The translations under genes and the position numbers were made by a program. Shown piece by piece: positions 21,282-31,529 of a stretch of 64,000 nt of DNA (the first letter of the stretch is position 1; the number at the start of each line of letters is the position of its first letter). Under the pieces are notes generated by a model. It saw only the letters and a list, made by a program, of their open reading frames with translations, ran no database searches and had not been told where the DNA came from. This stretch comes from Candidatus Scalinduaceae bacterium (GTDB taxonomy: Bacteria > Planctomycetota > Brocadiia > Brocadiales > Scalinduaceae). The DNA is taken from positions 15,239-79,238 of the forward strand of contig JBHICG010000008.1 of NCBI GenBank assembly GCA_046759445.1. Direction: 5' to 3'.

Positions 21282-23588
21282 ATGTTAAAAGATATTAAAC
21301 AACTTACAGAATTATATTTGCATTCTAATGGTTTATTGCCAGAAGACAAATCATGGAGTGATTTTCACGACGAACTGGTTCAAAATGCATCCAAAGATGC
21401 TATTGGACTTCTTGCGGATGCTAACCCGAAAGATAAATGTAAGTATGCATTGTTTATTGATATAGATACTCAAAATAAAAATTGTAATGTCAAATATAAG
21501 GGCTTTGATAATTTTGTGGAAATCGAAAAAGTAGATGATTGGTCAAGTCATCTATTTTGGCAAGGGTCAGGTGGAGCTCAGAGCGACAAAATCAGGAACA
21601 CACCACATAAATTCTTCGATGTTAAAGGTAAATTTTCTTCAAATAAACTTTTTGAGCCATTACAAATGATATTAGATAATTACTGCCAAGTTCAAGAGGG
21701 TAAAGGCAAGAATAAAAAATATAAAGAAACTGGCCCACTGTTTTGGGATAAAGACAAAAACAATGAGAGTAAATTGCTTAAGAATATAGTGAATATTTTG
21801 AGCAAGAATAAAGATGAAGTGAATAAACTTGTAAAGGGTGACGAGAAAAGCAAACCAAAAATACTAGGTAAATTTCCTTCGTTGAAACAGGGCGAGTCTG
21901 TTTTTGTTGGTTTAACCATTGACGGAAAACCAATTGGAGAATATGAATTATTTAGACGATATTTGTTATTTGTAAGAATAAGGGTAGGCATTCAAAAAGG
22001 GGCAGATAAGTTTAAATATAAGTTTTTCCCAGAGGTAAGTAGAGAATTGGGTATATGCCCTTCATGTCATAGGAATAAGCCTCTTTTAGACCAGTGGCAG
22101 GGTACAGCCGAATTATCTTTTTACCAGACAACTAATGAGAATCACCTCTCATATGCGTTTCCTGAATCAGCTTTTACATTCTGTCAAAGCTGTGCAGATT
22201 TGCTATTCATTTTCAAACAGCATTTACTTGAAGTCTTAACTCGAAAGTTGGGTGGTAATCAGTGCCTTATCTTACCATCTATTAAACTGATTCCTTCAGA
22301 TCAGAATGAAAAGAGAAGGCTTCTTGAAAATTTAAAAGATTTATGGGATTTATCTAGTAGCGATATTCAATCTAAAGAAAAGAGATTGTTATATAGACTC
22401 GGACAATTGCCGTCATATGCTACCGTAACATTTATCTTCGGTGATTATATTACTGTTGGCAAATCTCAAAATGTGAGGAGGCTGGATGAGCTTAATATTA
22501 TCTTCCCTGATGTTCTACCAAGTAGGCTTTCACAAATAGCAGGTGCAATACAGGAAACTAACACATACTTAAGTGCGATGTGGTCTTTAACAAGCAGAGA
22601 TTGGAATTGTACATGGTATGTCAGGGATGATTTTCATTTGCTTCAAAATTTATTCCATCCATCATGGGATGAAGATAAAAAGAATAAAGACAGGAATAGA
22701 AAACAATATAAAAGTTTGAGACGGCCGGAAATAGAACGATATCTAAGATCAATCTTTTATGGACAAGAGATTTCATATTGTGAAATAGCAGATGATTGCT
22801 ATTCAAACCTTTTGTCAGCCTTCAAAATAAGCAGAAGTAGCAGTAAAGATGATAACAACAGATATACGTTATCTAATTACATAGGGGACGTTCTATCTTT
22901 AATGGTTTTTATTAGTGAATTGAAAGATTTAGATCCCAATAAGGAGGTAGAAGATATGACGGAAAATAAAGAATTTGAACTTACAGCTATGCCGGAGCTG
23001 GGTAAGTTTGTTGAGATGCATCCTTTATTTAAGGATAGTCAATATCTTGCACCGTTTTTTGTCGGCTGTTTGTTCTCGTATGCAGAAAACCTGCAGAAAG
23101 ATAATAGCAGGTTGGCAGCGTACAATTGGCTAGGGACAATGACCTTGACATATGATGATATTTTGCAAGATGTTTACCACAAGACTCTAAAATACATTAA
23201 AAGTAGACCCAAGAAAGAAAGTATCATATCAAGTCCACGTCTTCAAGAACTTATTAAAGCAATTGCTTATTATGATAAAGGACGATGTGATAATGATAGA
23301 GTTGCATTGACGGCTTTTTGTCATGGGTGGTCTGTTGGACGAAGTTTTATTATGAAAAAAAATATTGTTAAAGCGATCAAGAAGAAAATAAATGAACTTA
23401 AAATTCAAATGAACGATGAAATCAAGAAATTTTTGGAAGCGAATAAAGAAAAAATAAACGCCAATGACAGTCAAATATTGGATGATTTTTTGAAGCTTAT
23501 CCCTGAAACTCAACAGCCTGAAATATCATCAATCTGGCAAAAGTCTAAAGAAAATAAAATTGACGAAGGAGGAGAATACAATGAGTAA
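21282..23588 (+). CDS. cas8b: type I-B large subunit Cas8b (Csh1/TM1802-like)
   Basis: First gene before cas7/cas5/cas3; CPSC...CQSC zinc-finger motif; size. Confidence 0.8.
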   Translation: MLKDIKQLTELYLHSNGLLPEDKSWSDFHDELVQNASKDAIGLLADANPKDKCKYALFIDIDTQNKNCNVKYKGFDNFVEIEKVDDWSSHLFWQGSGGAQSDKIRNTPHKFFDVKGKFSSNKLFEPLQMILDNYCQVQEGKGKNKKYKETGPLFWDKDKNNESKLLKNIVNILSKNKDEVNKLVKGDEKSKPKILGKFPSLKQGESVFVGLTIDGKPIGEYELFRRYLLFVRIRVGIQKGADKFKYKFFPEVSRELGICPSCHRNKPLLDQWQGTAELSFYQTTNENHLSYAFPESAFTFCQSCADLLFIFKQHLLEVLTRKLGGNQCLILPSIKLIPSDQNEKRRLLENLKDLWDLSSSDIQSKEKRLLYRLGQLPSYATVTFIFGDYITVGKSQNVRRLDELNIIFPDVLPSRLSQIAGAIQETNTYLSAMWSLTSRDWNCTWYVRDDFHLLQNLFHPSWDEDKKNKDRNRKQYKSLRRPEIERYLRSIFYGQEISYCEIADDCYSNLLSAFKISRSSSKDDNNRYTLSNYIGDVLSLMVFISELKDLDPNKEVEDMTENKEFELTAMPELGKFVEMHPLFKDSQYLAPFFVGCLFSYAENLQKDNSRLAAYNWLGTMTLTYDDILQDVYHKTLKYIKSRPKKESIISSPRLQELIKAIAYYDKGRCDNDRVALTAFCHGWSVGRSFIMKKNIVKAIKKKINELKIQMNDEIKKFLEANKEKINANDSQILDDFLKLIPETQQPEISSIWQKSKENKIDEGGEYNE
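22956..23588 (+). CDS. cas11: putative Cas11 translated from an internal start in cas8b
   Basis: AAGGAGGT at 22941 followed by an in-frame ATG at 22956. Confidence 0.65.
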   Translation: MTENKEFELTAMPELGKFVEMHPLFKDSQYLAPFFVGCLFSYAENLQKDNSRLAAYNWLGTMTLTYDDILQDVYHKTLKYIKSRPKKESIISSPRLQELIKAIAYYDKGRCDNDRVALTAFCHGWSVGRSFIMKKNIVKAIKKKINELKIQMNDEIKKFLEANKEKINANDSQILDDFLKLIPETQQPEISSIWQKSKENKIDEGGEYNE

Positions 23589-24963
23589 CAATTCAACTTT
23601 ATCTAACAGGCATGAGACATTATTTTTGTGGGAGGTCAGAAAAAGTAATCCCAATGGTGATCCAAGTGGAAATGAGCCACGTATAGACAGGCATACAAAG
23701 AGATGTGATGTAACTGATGTATGTATTAAAAGATCAGTTAGAGATTATATCAGTGTAAGAGAAGGACTTGATTCTTTATTGGTTACTAAACTTGGAACCG
23801 ATTTGTCTGAAACCGTGCGTGTTACTGACAGAATAATAGTTTATCTGTTTGGCACTCCGAAAAAAACAGAGGAGTCTAAAAAATTAGTTGAGACAACAAT
23901 TGCTGACAGATTAGATAAAGATAAAGAACCATACAAATCATTTCTTGAAAAAACCCCATCTTCAGCTACTTTGAAAGCTCTTATAAGTAACAAAAGAGAA
24001 GATAAGGAAAAGCTTAAAAAAATCGTAAAAGAAAATACACCAGTTGACAGTATCCAGAGAGACTTAATAAAAACTTTACGCTCATTTCTATGTGGTACTT
24101 TTAAAGATTTAAGAATGTTTGGAAGTGTTCTTGCCTTAGAGGATGATTTAAAAGCTTTAGGCGGAGATTTGACCGGTCCAATCCAGATAGAAGTTGGAAC
24201 ATCTTTACATCGTGTAGTGCATTCTAATAAGCAAATCACTAGTGTTATGGGTAGTAAAGAAGAACATGAAGCAGGAATAATTGGTGATACACATTGCATT
24301 GAATACGGTCTTTTTGCTACAAGCGCTATTGCTAATGAGAATGCAGCAAGGTTTACAGGGCTTGCTGATATAGACCATGAATTGTTCTTAAAGGCTTTAT
24401 GGCGTGGAACTCGTGACAGGCACACGCGAAGCAAGAATCAGGTACCAAGATTGTTGATTGATATTGAATATAACAAACCTTTCCATTTTGGGGATCTCGT
24501 TAATAGCGTCAAATTAAATCCAGTTGAGAGGAGTGGGAAACTACTTGACGAGGAAGCTTATAGAAGCATTGATGATTTTACAATGGATTTAACAAAGTTT
24601 TATGAAAAGATTAATTCCAAAAATGAAGCCATAAAATCTATAAAATTTGCTTCAAACGGACTTATAACTTTAGACGAGTTGAAAAATAAACTTAATAATG
24701 ATTTAAAGGATAAAGTCTGTGAAATTTCTGGTATTGATTTTGATTCAACAATAGAGATTGAGGTCAATGATTTTAGCGAAGATGCTAAAATGGTAATAGA
24801 AGGGGTTAAGGGAATCACATATTGCGAACCAAATAAAATAATCACTATTACAACAGGTTTAACGGAGGATATGTTTAAAAAGATTATTGAAAAACAAGCA
24901 TTACAACCTTATAAAGATGCCCTCCAAAAAGCTTATAATTCGCTAAAGGAAAAATTGAAATGA
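23581..24963 (+). CDS. cas7: Cas7 (Csh2-type), enlarged
   Basis: SNPNGDP..NEPRID, VTDVCIKRSVRDY, DLRMFG, TGPIQ and TRSK motifs; RBS GAAGGAGG before ATG 23581. Confidence 0.92.
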   Translation: MSNNSTLSNRHETLFLWEVRKSNPNGDPSGNEPRIDRHTKRCDVTDVCIKRSVRDYISVREGLDSLLVTKLGTDLSETVRVTDRIIVYLFGTPKKTEESKKLVETTIADRLDKDKEPYKSFLEKTPSSATLKALISNKREDKEKLKKIVKENTPVDSIQRDLIKTLRSFLCGTFKDLRMFGSVLALEDDLKALGGDLTGPIQIEVGTSLHRVVHSNKQITSVMGSKEEHEAGIIGDTHCIEYGLFATSAIANENAARFTGLADIDHELFLKALWRGTRDRHTRSKNQVPRLLIDIEYNKPFHFGDLVNSVKLNPVERSGKLLDEEAYRSIDDFTMDLTKFYEKINSKNEAIKSIKFASNGLITLDELKNKLNNDLKDKVCEISGIDFDSTIEIEVNDFSEDAKMVIEGVKGITYCEPNKIITITTGLTEDMFKKIIEKQALQPYKDALQKAYNSLKEKLK

Positions 24964-25673
24964 AAGTTTTGTTTTTCTTAATGCATGGCCGGTTTGCCCA
25001 TTTTTGTGCGCCATATACGAATGTTTACAGGTTGACTCAGCCATGCCCTACGAAAACAGCAATAATGGGCTTTATAGGTTCAGTATTAGGCATTGAAAAG
25101 GACGACTTGATCCTTTATCAAGAAATTCAATGCGGTTTAGAGATATGTAGTGAATATAGAACGGTTTCTATGCCGTATCTCACCCGTCAAGGATTTCCTG
25201 GAAGTGCAGCAAACAAAGAGTCTTCAAGAACATCTGTAGAAGTAATAGTTAATCCTAAATACAGAATATATATCACTGGGAATAGCGAATTACTTCTAAA
25301 AATTCACGATTTGATGATTCAGCAGAAGCCTGTCTTTACCCCCTATCTTGGACTTGCTCAATTTATAGCCAGCACGGATTTTCAGATTTCAGAACTTGTT
25401 GAAGGAGAATTAACAGAAGGGGTTGATTTAGCAGCAAAGGGTGCTTTTATGAGGGAGGTTCACGGAGAATTGGATTTTGAAAAAATCAACACTCTATCCA
25501 AAGAATGCAAGCTGAGGATAACTGAATTTGAAGGATTATGCGACATTAAACCTCCTAGAGATTTTGAGCATGCAGTTTTTACAGTAAATCTGGATGGCGG
25601 TACGGTCCCGCTTATAAATACGAAGGATATTTTGAAAATACCTGCATGGAATAAAAATGTGCCAATTTTCTGA
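24960..25673 (+). CDS. cas5: Cas5
   Basis: GRFAHF...PTKTAIMGFIGSVLG and PYLG motifs. Confidence 0.9.
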   Translation: MKVLFFLMHGRFAHFCAPYTNVYRLTQPCPTKTAIMGFIGSVLGIEKDDLILYQEIQCGLEICSEYRTVSMPYLTRQGFPGSAANKESSRTSVEVIVNPKYRIYITGNSELLLKIHDLMIQQKPVFTPYLGLAQFIASTDFQISELVEGELTEGVDLAAKGAFMREVHGELDFEKINTLSKECKLRITEFEGLCDIKPPRDFEHAVFTVNLDGGTVPLINTKDILKIPAWNKNVPIF

Positions 25674-28011
25674 TATAAAATCACATCCCGATTTACTCCT
25701 TGAAAAACATTTAACACAGGTCGCTGACATTGCAGTTGACCTTCTTGAAAATAAACAAGTATGTTTCCCATCTCTTAGCCTTACAAAAGAACACTTAAAA
25801 GAACTTGTTAAAAGGGCTGCACTGTTCCATGATTTAGGCAAGGCAACAACATATTTTCAAGAAAGATTAAAGACGGGTAAGAAATGGCCAAATGGCGAAC
25901 ATCAACATACTGGACTATCTGCCTTGCTTGCATATAAGCCTCTTATAACATACTGCATAGAAAATAATTTGGATAATTCAATTGCATTGGCTCCATTAAT
26001 GGCAGTGCAGTTTCATCATTCCGGATTCAAAAAAGAATTTCCAAATGATTCGGCAATGGATGCTCGTTTAAAAGAATTTAAGAAAGAATTTTTGACTTTA
26101 CAAACTTTAAAAGATGTGGGGATGACTAATGAGGTAATCTCAATAGACCCGATTAAAGTAGATTGTGGTTTTGAAAACCTTTTTTCAGATATGTCAGCTT
26201 TTAGTGATGAGCAAAAAATTGAGTTTCGCTTATTGTTTTTATTTATCTTTTCTCTTTTATTAGAGGCAGACAAGGCATATCTTGCGGTAAAAAACAAGGA
26301 ATTATACCAGCGGAAACCCGTAAAAATTGATCCTATAGTTATTGATAATTATAAAGCTAAAGTATTTAAAAATAAAAATGCAAAGATAAACAATGACAGG
26401 GAGAAGGCTTATAAAGAAGTTTTGACTGGGTTGAATGCTCTTGATTTGAATAATCATATATATAGGCTTACTCTCCCTACAGGTATGGGCAAGACCTTAT
26501 TGGCTGCATCATGGGCAATTAAGCTACGAAATAAAATGCAAAATGAACTCGGTATTACTCCACAAATTATTACGACATTACCGTTTCTCTCAATTATTGA
26601 CCAGACGGCAAAGGCATATGAGGAATTTCTCAACAATCCTGATGAAGAGATGTTTCTTAAGACTCATTCCCTTTCATCTTTTGATTTCAATGGTTATGAA
26701 GCCAATACAGCAGAATTTTTTGTAAATATATGGAAATCACAAATTGTGATGACCACTTTTGACCAATTATTGTATGCCTTTTTCAGCGATAAGCCGAAGC
26801 ATCTTATGAGATTTCATAACCTTTTAAATAGCATAATCATTATGGACGAAGTACAAGCATTGCCACCACATCTTTGGCACCCGTTTTCGACTTTTATTAG
26901 ATACATAACTGATTTAGGCAAAAGTCACCTATTGCTTATGTCTGCAACGCAACCTCAAATAATAGATTCAGCAATAGAGCTAGTGCCTTCTGTATCTGAG
27001 AATAATGAAATCAAGGGGGCTGAAAGATTTTTTGAGAAACTATCCAGATATAAGTTGCTATTGAAACATCAAGACAGTAAAAGCATAGATGAATTTATCA
27101 GTGAGATGAGAGATAGACTTTCTAAGATGGATGAAGACAAGATTATGGTCGTTCTTAACACACGCGATTCAGCCAAGCAAGTTTATGAAAATCTTAAAGA
27201 TGTTGCAAAGGACAGAGAGACTTATTTTCTTTCATCATATGTGATTCCTTTTGAGCGATTGGATAGAGTTGAGAGGATTAAGAATTCAAAACGAGCATTA
27301 GTTATAACTACTCAATGCATTGAAGCAGGGGTGGATATTGATATGGATTATGTAATCCGCGACTTTGGACCCTTGGATTCAATTATTCAGGTTGCCGGAA
27401 GATGCAACAGGGAAGGCGAAAAAGCAATGCGGACGGTTGAAATTGTAAGATTATATGATCCTGAGGCAAAAAGTAGATTTTGTCCGAGTGGAGAATTCAA
27501 TGCAATGGTTTATGATCAACTTGCTATTAATGCAACCGCTGACATATTTGGTAAAAGCAAGGAAATTTCAGAAAATCAAATTTTCGACCTGGCAATAAAA
27601 TATTTTAATGAACTAAAGCGTAAGGATTTGGGCAAGAATAGAACAGAATGCCTCTTAGATTTTTCTCATAAATATCTGAAGAATGGAAGGCAGCATAAAT
27701 TTGATATAAAGTCAGAACTGAGAGGAGAATTGAAACAGTATAATTTAATAGTTGATAAATATGCTTCTGAGTTGAAAAAAGAAATAGAACAGATTTTTAA
27801 GGAAGATATAGACCGATGGGTACGGAGAAGAAAATTAAAAGAACTTTCTAGTAAGATTTCAATGAGCTCTATATCCGTAAATGCTTACAAGTTTAATCCA
27901 GACGATATAGCAGACAAGGGTAAAGGCGACTTTTATTTCTTAGAGTCAAGATATTACGATGATGAGATTGGATTTAACTACAGGACTCCATTAGGAACAA
28001 TTATAATATGA
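25657..28011 (+). CDS. cas3: Cas3 HD nuclease-helicase
   Basis: HDLGK, LPTGMGKT, DEVQ, MSAT, TQCIEAGVDID and QVAGRCNR motifs. Confidence 0.96.
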   Translation: MCQFSDIKSHPDLLLEKHLTQVADIAVDLLENKQVCFPSLSLTKEHLKELVKRAALFHDLGKATTYFQERLKTGKKWPNGEHQHTGLSALLAYKPLITYCIENNLDNSIALAPLMAVQFHHSGFKKEFPNDSAMDARLKEFKKEFLTLQTLKDVGMTNEVISIDPIKVDCGFENLFSDMSAFSDEQKIEFRLLFLFIFSLLLEADKAYLAVKNKELYQRKPVKIDPIVIDNYKAKVFKNKNAKINNDREKAYKEVLTGLNALDLNNHIYRLTLPTGMGKTLLAASWAIKLRNKMQNELGITPQIITTLPFLSIIDQTAKAYEEFLNNPDEEMFLKTHSLSSFDFNGYEANTAEFFVNIWKSQIVMTTFDQLLYAFFSDKPKHLMRFHNLLNSIIIMDEVQALPPHLWHPFSTFIRYITDLGKSHLLLMSATQPQIIDSAIELVPSVSENNEIKGAERFFEKLSRYKLLLKHQDSKSIDEFISEMRDRLSKMDEDKIMVVLNTRDSAKQVYENLKDVAKDRETYFLSSYVIPFERLDRVERIKNSKRALVITTQCIEAGVDIDMDYVIRDFGPLDSIIQVAGRCNREGEKAMRTVEIVRLYDPEAKSRFCPSGEFNAMVYDQLAINATADIFGKSKEISENQIFDLAIKYFNELKRKDLGKNRTECLLDFSHKYLKNGRQHKFDIKSELRGELKQYNLIVDKYASELKKEIEQIFKEDIDRWVRRRKLKELSSKISMSSISVNAYKFNPDDIADKGKGDFYFLESRYYDDEIGFNYRTPLGTIII

Positions 28012-28691
28012 AAATATTGAGTTGTGTTGTCCGGTTGTATTTTGATAATTCAACTGACGATCTAGATATTCAATCTAAAGACCTGCGTGGCGCTATTGCA
28101 TACCTTTATCCCAATGAAATACTTCTTCATCAACATTTGGAAGATGGCACACTGAAATATAATTATCCTATTGTTCAATACAAATATGTTAATAAGAAAT
28201 GCCTTATTGTAGGCATTGAAAAAGGAGCAAAGGTTATTAATAATCTAAATTTGATCGGAGAAATAATTATATTGTCTCATCAAAAATATAAGATTTTAAA
28301 AAAAGATATAATGTTTCAAGAATCATCATATAGCACAACAAAGAAAATGGTATCTTATTCTTTACTAACCCCCTGGCTAGCGTTGAATGAGAAGAATTAT
28401 GAGAAATATCAAAAACTAGGAAGTTGGCAGAAAAGGAAAGAGCTTTTGTGTAAAATTCTCATTGGTAATATTATTTCCATGTCAAAGAGTTTGGGATATA
28501 CCGTGCCAGAAGCAATCATGGCAAACATTAGTAAACTCGAAGAAGTTCGAACATCTTTAAAGGGCACTCCAATGCTAGGATTCCTAGGCACTTTCTCCGT
28601 AAACTTCGAGATACCTGATTACTGGGGGATTGGTAAATCGGTGTCAAGGGGGTTTGGGACGATTAAGCGAGTTGATGGGTTTAATCGTTGA
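28008..28691 (+). CDS. cas6: Cas6 (Cas6b-like) endoribonuclease
   Basis: YPIVQYK, TPWLALN and the C-terminal GIGKSVSRGFG loop. Confidence 0.92.
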   Translation: MKILSCVVRLYFDNSTDDLDIQSKDLRGAIAYLYPNEILLHQHLEDGTLKYNYPIVQYKYVNKKCLIVGIEKGAKVINNLNLIGEIIILSHQKYKILKKDIMFQESSYSTTKKMVSYSLLTPWLALNEKNYEKYQKLGSWQKRKELLCKILIGNIISMSKSLGYTVPEAIMANISKLEEVRTSLKGTPMLGFLGTFSVNFEIPDYWGIGKSVSRGFGTIKRVDGFNR

Positions 28692-28721
28692 AGAAATGAA
28701 TTTCCAGATCAGGAAATTGTC

Positions 28722-29231
28722 ATGCAAAATATGGAAGTTATACCCCAACAAGCAATCGAAAGTAAGATATACATCATTAGAGGCAGAAAGGTGATGTTGG
28801 ACAGAGACCTGGCAATTCTTTATGCAGTTGAAACGAAAATGCTCAATCGCGCTGTCAAAAGAAATGTAGAACGTTTTCCAGAAGACTTTATGTTTCAATT
28901 GACGAAAAAAGAATACGTTGAACTTTTAAGGTGCCAATTTGGTACCTTAAAAAGAGGACAGCACAGTAAATATCTTCCATATGCTTTTGCAGAAAACGGC
29001 GTGGCAATGCTATCAAGCGTCTTGAATAGTCAGAGAGCTATACAGGTAAATATTCAAATTATGAGAACGTTTACAAAAATCAGGGAAATGCTTGCTACAC
29101 ATAAAGAATTAAAACAAAAGATTGAAGAAATGGAAAAGAAATACGATTATCAATTTAAGGTTGTTTTTGACGCTATAAAACAGTTAATAGAACCTCCGAA
29201 GAAATCCAGAAAAAGGATAGGTTTTAAGTAA
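28722..29231 (+). CDS. ORF6N-domain DNA-binding protein
   Basis: [33 protein letters not shown] and [16 protein letters not shown] motifs. Confidence 0.9.
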   Translation: MQNMEVIPQQAIESKIYIIRGRKVMLDRDLAILYAVETKMLNRAVKRNVERFPEDFMFQLTKKEYVELLRCQFGTLKRGQHSKYLPYAFAENGVAMLSSVLNSQRAIQVNIQIMRTFTKIREMLATHKELKQKIEEMEKKYDYQFKVVFDAIKQLIEPPKKSRKRIGFK

Positions 29232-29284
29232 AAAACGATGTAATAATATTGTTAAATATTAGATCAGATATTAGAGTAGATAAA

Positions 29285-29479
29285 ATGTTTGGACCACCTA
29301 AAAACATAGAAGGACAATGTAATGCACATTGTTATATTGCAGATGATTACAGAGATAATCATGCAACAATAAGATGTCAGCTTCTGCCAAATCATAAGGG
29401 TAAGTATAAAGAAGTTAGTCGAGAAGGAAAATTAATAATCGAATGGGAAGAAGATGAAAGAGAACGTGAGTCAGCTTGA
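29285..29479 (+). CDS. small hypothetical Cys/His-containing protein
   Basis: ORF in the cas operon; start uncertain (29249 or 29285). Confidence 0.45.
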   Translation: MFGPPKNIEGQCNAHCYIADDYRDNHATIRCQLLPNHKGKYKEVSREGKLIIEWEEDERERESA

Positions 29480-29500
29480 ACTGTTTAAACTGCTGAAACG

Positions 29501-29570
29501 GAGTGTAAGTGTATGTGGTCAGTGAAAGTAAATTACTTACAGCTTTCACCTACACTCTTCACTTACACTA
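29501..29570. repeat. empty 6-mer-arm hairpin module (AGTGTA)n/(TACACT)n
   Basis: GAGTGTAAGTGTATGTGGTCAGTGAAAGT-AAATT-ACTTACAGCTTTCACCTACACTCTTCACTTACACT. Confidence 0.75.
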
Positions 29571-29604
29571 TAAATCTAACATCTATATTCTATTTCTAAA
29601 AACC

Positions 29605-30576
29605 ATGCAACTCGTAATCAACACTTACGGTTCTTATCTTCGAAAGAAGGAAGGTTGCTTCCTTGTTAAAAATGAGGATGGTGAGTTCGACGTATCTGTA
29701 AAAAAGGTGGATAGTATTATGATTACGACAAGTTCTTATCTTTCCACTGACGCAATAAAGATGGCAATGGATAATAACATTGACGTTATCTTCCTTGATG
29801 ATTATGGAGACCCTTACGGCAGGGTGTGGCATTCAAAACTTGGAAGTACCGTTGCAATAAGACGCAAACAACTGGAAATGACATCTAACGAAAAAGGCCT
29901 GAATATGGCCAAGGAATGGATAATAGCAAAACTAGACAATCAGATTGAGTTCCTTACTAAACTAAAAAACTCAAGACCAGAAAAAGAGTCCAAATTAAAT
30001 GAATATAGTTCAAGACTGGGAGAAACAAAGGAAAAATTGGGAAAACTGACAGGTACAATTGATGAAAAAAGAAACACAATAATGGGACTCGAAGGTTCTG
30101 CAGGCAGGACTTATTTTGAAGCCATTAATTACGTCATGCCAGATAGATATAAATTCGATGGAAGAAGTAAGCAACCAGCAAAGGATGAATTTAATTGTCT
30201 CCTCAACTACGGATATGGTGTCCTTTATTCAATAGTTGAAAAGGCGTGCATTATAGCAGGACTCGATCCTTACGTTGGTTTCGTTCACACTGATAATTAT
30301 AATAAGAAATCACTCGTATTCGACCTGATAGAGATGTTTAGAATTTTTGTAGACCAGACGGTTGTCTATCTCTTCAGTCAAAGGCAAGTAAAACAGGAGT
30401 ATTTTGACAAAATAAAGAATGGATTGACTCTGAATAAAGAAGGAAAGGCTGTGCTGATAGAGGCGCTTAATAAGACCTTTGACAAGAGTGTCAGGTACAA
30501 GGGAAGAAATATAAAGAATAAAAATATAATTCAGTTTGAGTGCCATGCGATAGCGAATGGGATTATCAAGTGTTAG
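29605..30576 (+). CDS. cas1: Cas1
   Basis: MGLEGSAGRTYF, NCLLNYGYGVL, GLDPYVGFVH and SLVFDLIEMFR motifs; ATG 29605. Confidence 0.96.
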   Translation: MQLVINTYGSYLRKKEGCFLVKNEDGEFDVSVKKVDSIMITTSSYLSTDAIKMAMDNNIDVIFLDDYGDPYGRVWHSKLGSTVAIRRKQLEMTSNEKGLNMAKEWIIAKLDNQIEFLTKLKNSRPEKESKLNEYSSRLGETKEKLGKLTGTIDEKRNTIMGLEGSAGRTYFEAINYVMPDRYKFDGRSKQPAKDEFNCLLNYGYGVLYSIVEKACIIAGLDPYVGFVHTDNYNKKSLVFDLIEMFRIFVDQTVVYLFSQRQVKQEYFDKIKNGLTLNKEGKAVLIEALNKTFDKSVRYKGRNIKNKNIIQFECHAIANGIIKC

Positions 30577-30659
30577 TATAAGTAAATGGTGTAAGTGATA
30601 GGTGAAAGTGTAAGTGAATCGTATCGTTTAAGTGTATAGTGATAAGAAGGGAGATAGAG

Positions 30660-31031
30660 ATGAATGTTGATATCAAAAGTGTTGAGGATCTGGATGTTTT
30701 CAAAATGGCTCATGAACTGGTATTGAAAATATATAAGATTACAAAAAAGTTTCCTGACGAAGAGAAGTTTGGTTTAGTTTCACAAATGAGAAGAGCTGTA
30801 TCATCAGTACCCATGAATTTAATGGAAGGTGGACACCGTCTTTCTTCAAAAGAGTACCGTCAATTTGCAGGCATAGCGAACGGTTCTATAGGTGAATTTA
30901 AATATCATATACTTTTATCTAAAGACCTCAAATATCTATCAAACGATATTTACCATGAATTAAGAAATACAGCAGAAGAAATTAGCAAGATGTTAATGGG
31001 ATTAATAAAATCCCTTTCAAAGAAGCAGTAA
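30660..31031 (+). CDS. four helix bundle protein between cas1 and cas2
   Basis: EDLDVF, FPDEEKFGLVSQMRRAVSSVPMNLMEG motifs; enclosed by inverted 6-mer repeat arms. Confidence 0.9.
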   Translation: MNVDIKSVEDLDVFKMAHELVLKIYKITKKFPDEEKFGLVSQMRRAVSSVPMNLMEGGHRLSSKEYRQFAGIANGSIGEFKYHILLSKDLKYLSNDIYHELRNTAEEISKMLMGLIKSLSKKQ

Positions 31032-31135
31032 ATTTCGTTTTTTAGAAATGAAAGAATTTCTGTCTATAGAATTTAACTATAACCTAAAGGCATATTCACC
31101 AATACTTACACTTACACCGAACACATACACTATAA

Positions 31136-31427
<292 letters not shown>

Positions 31428-31429
<2 letters not shown>

Positions 31430-31523
31430 TGAAAGTGTTTTGTGTAAGTGTCAGTGATTTTACTTACACACATACGCTTATTATTACAACTTCACTTTCA
31501 CTCTTACACTTACACCTACACTA
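31428..31523. repeat. empty 6-mer-arm hairpin module between cas2 and cas4
   Basis: AGTGAAAGTGTTTTGTGTAAGTGTCAGTG ... CACTTTCACTCTTACACTTACACCTACACT. Confidence 0.75.
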
Positions 31524-31529
31524 TCAGAA

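Noticed and set aside
23841..24434. 197-aa antisense ORF and similar shadow ORFs elsewhere
   Set aside because: They fully overlap well-supported genes on the opposite strand.
18798..31031. Diversity-generating retroelement suggested by Avd-like four-helix-bundle genes and a duplicated sequence
   Set aside because: No reverse transcriptase in the window, and differences between the duplicates are not adenine-specific TR/VR substitutions.
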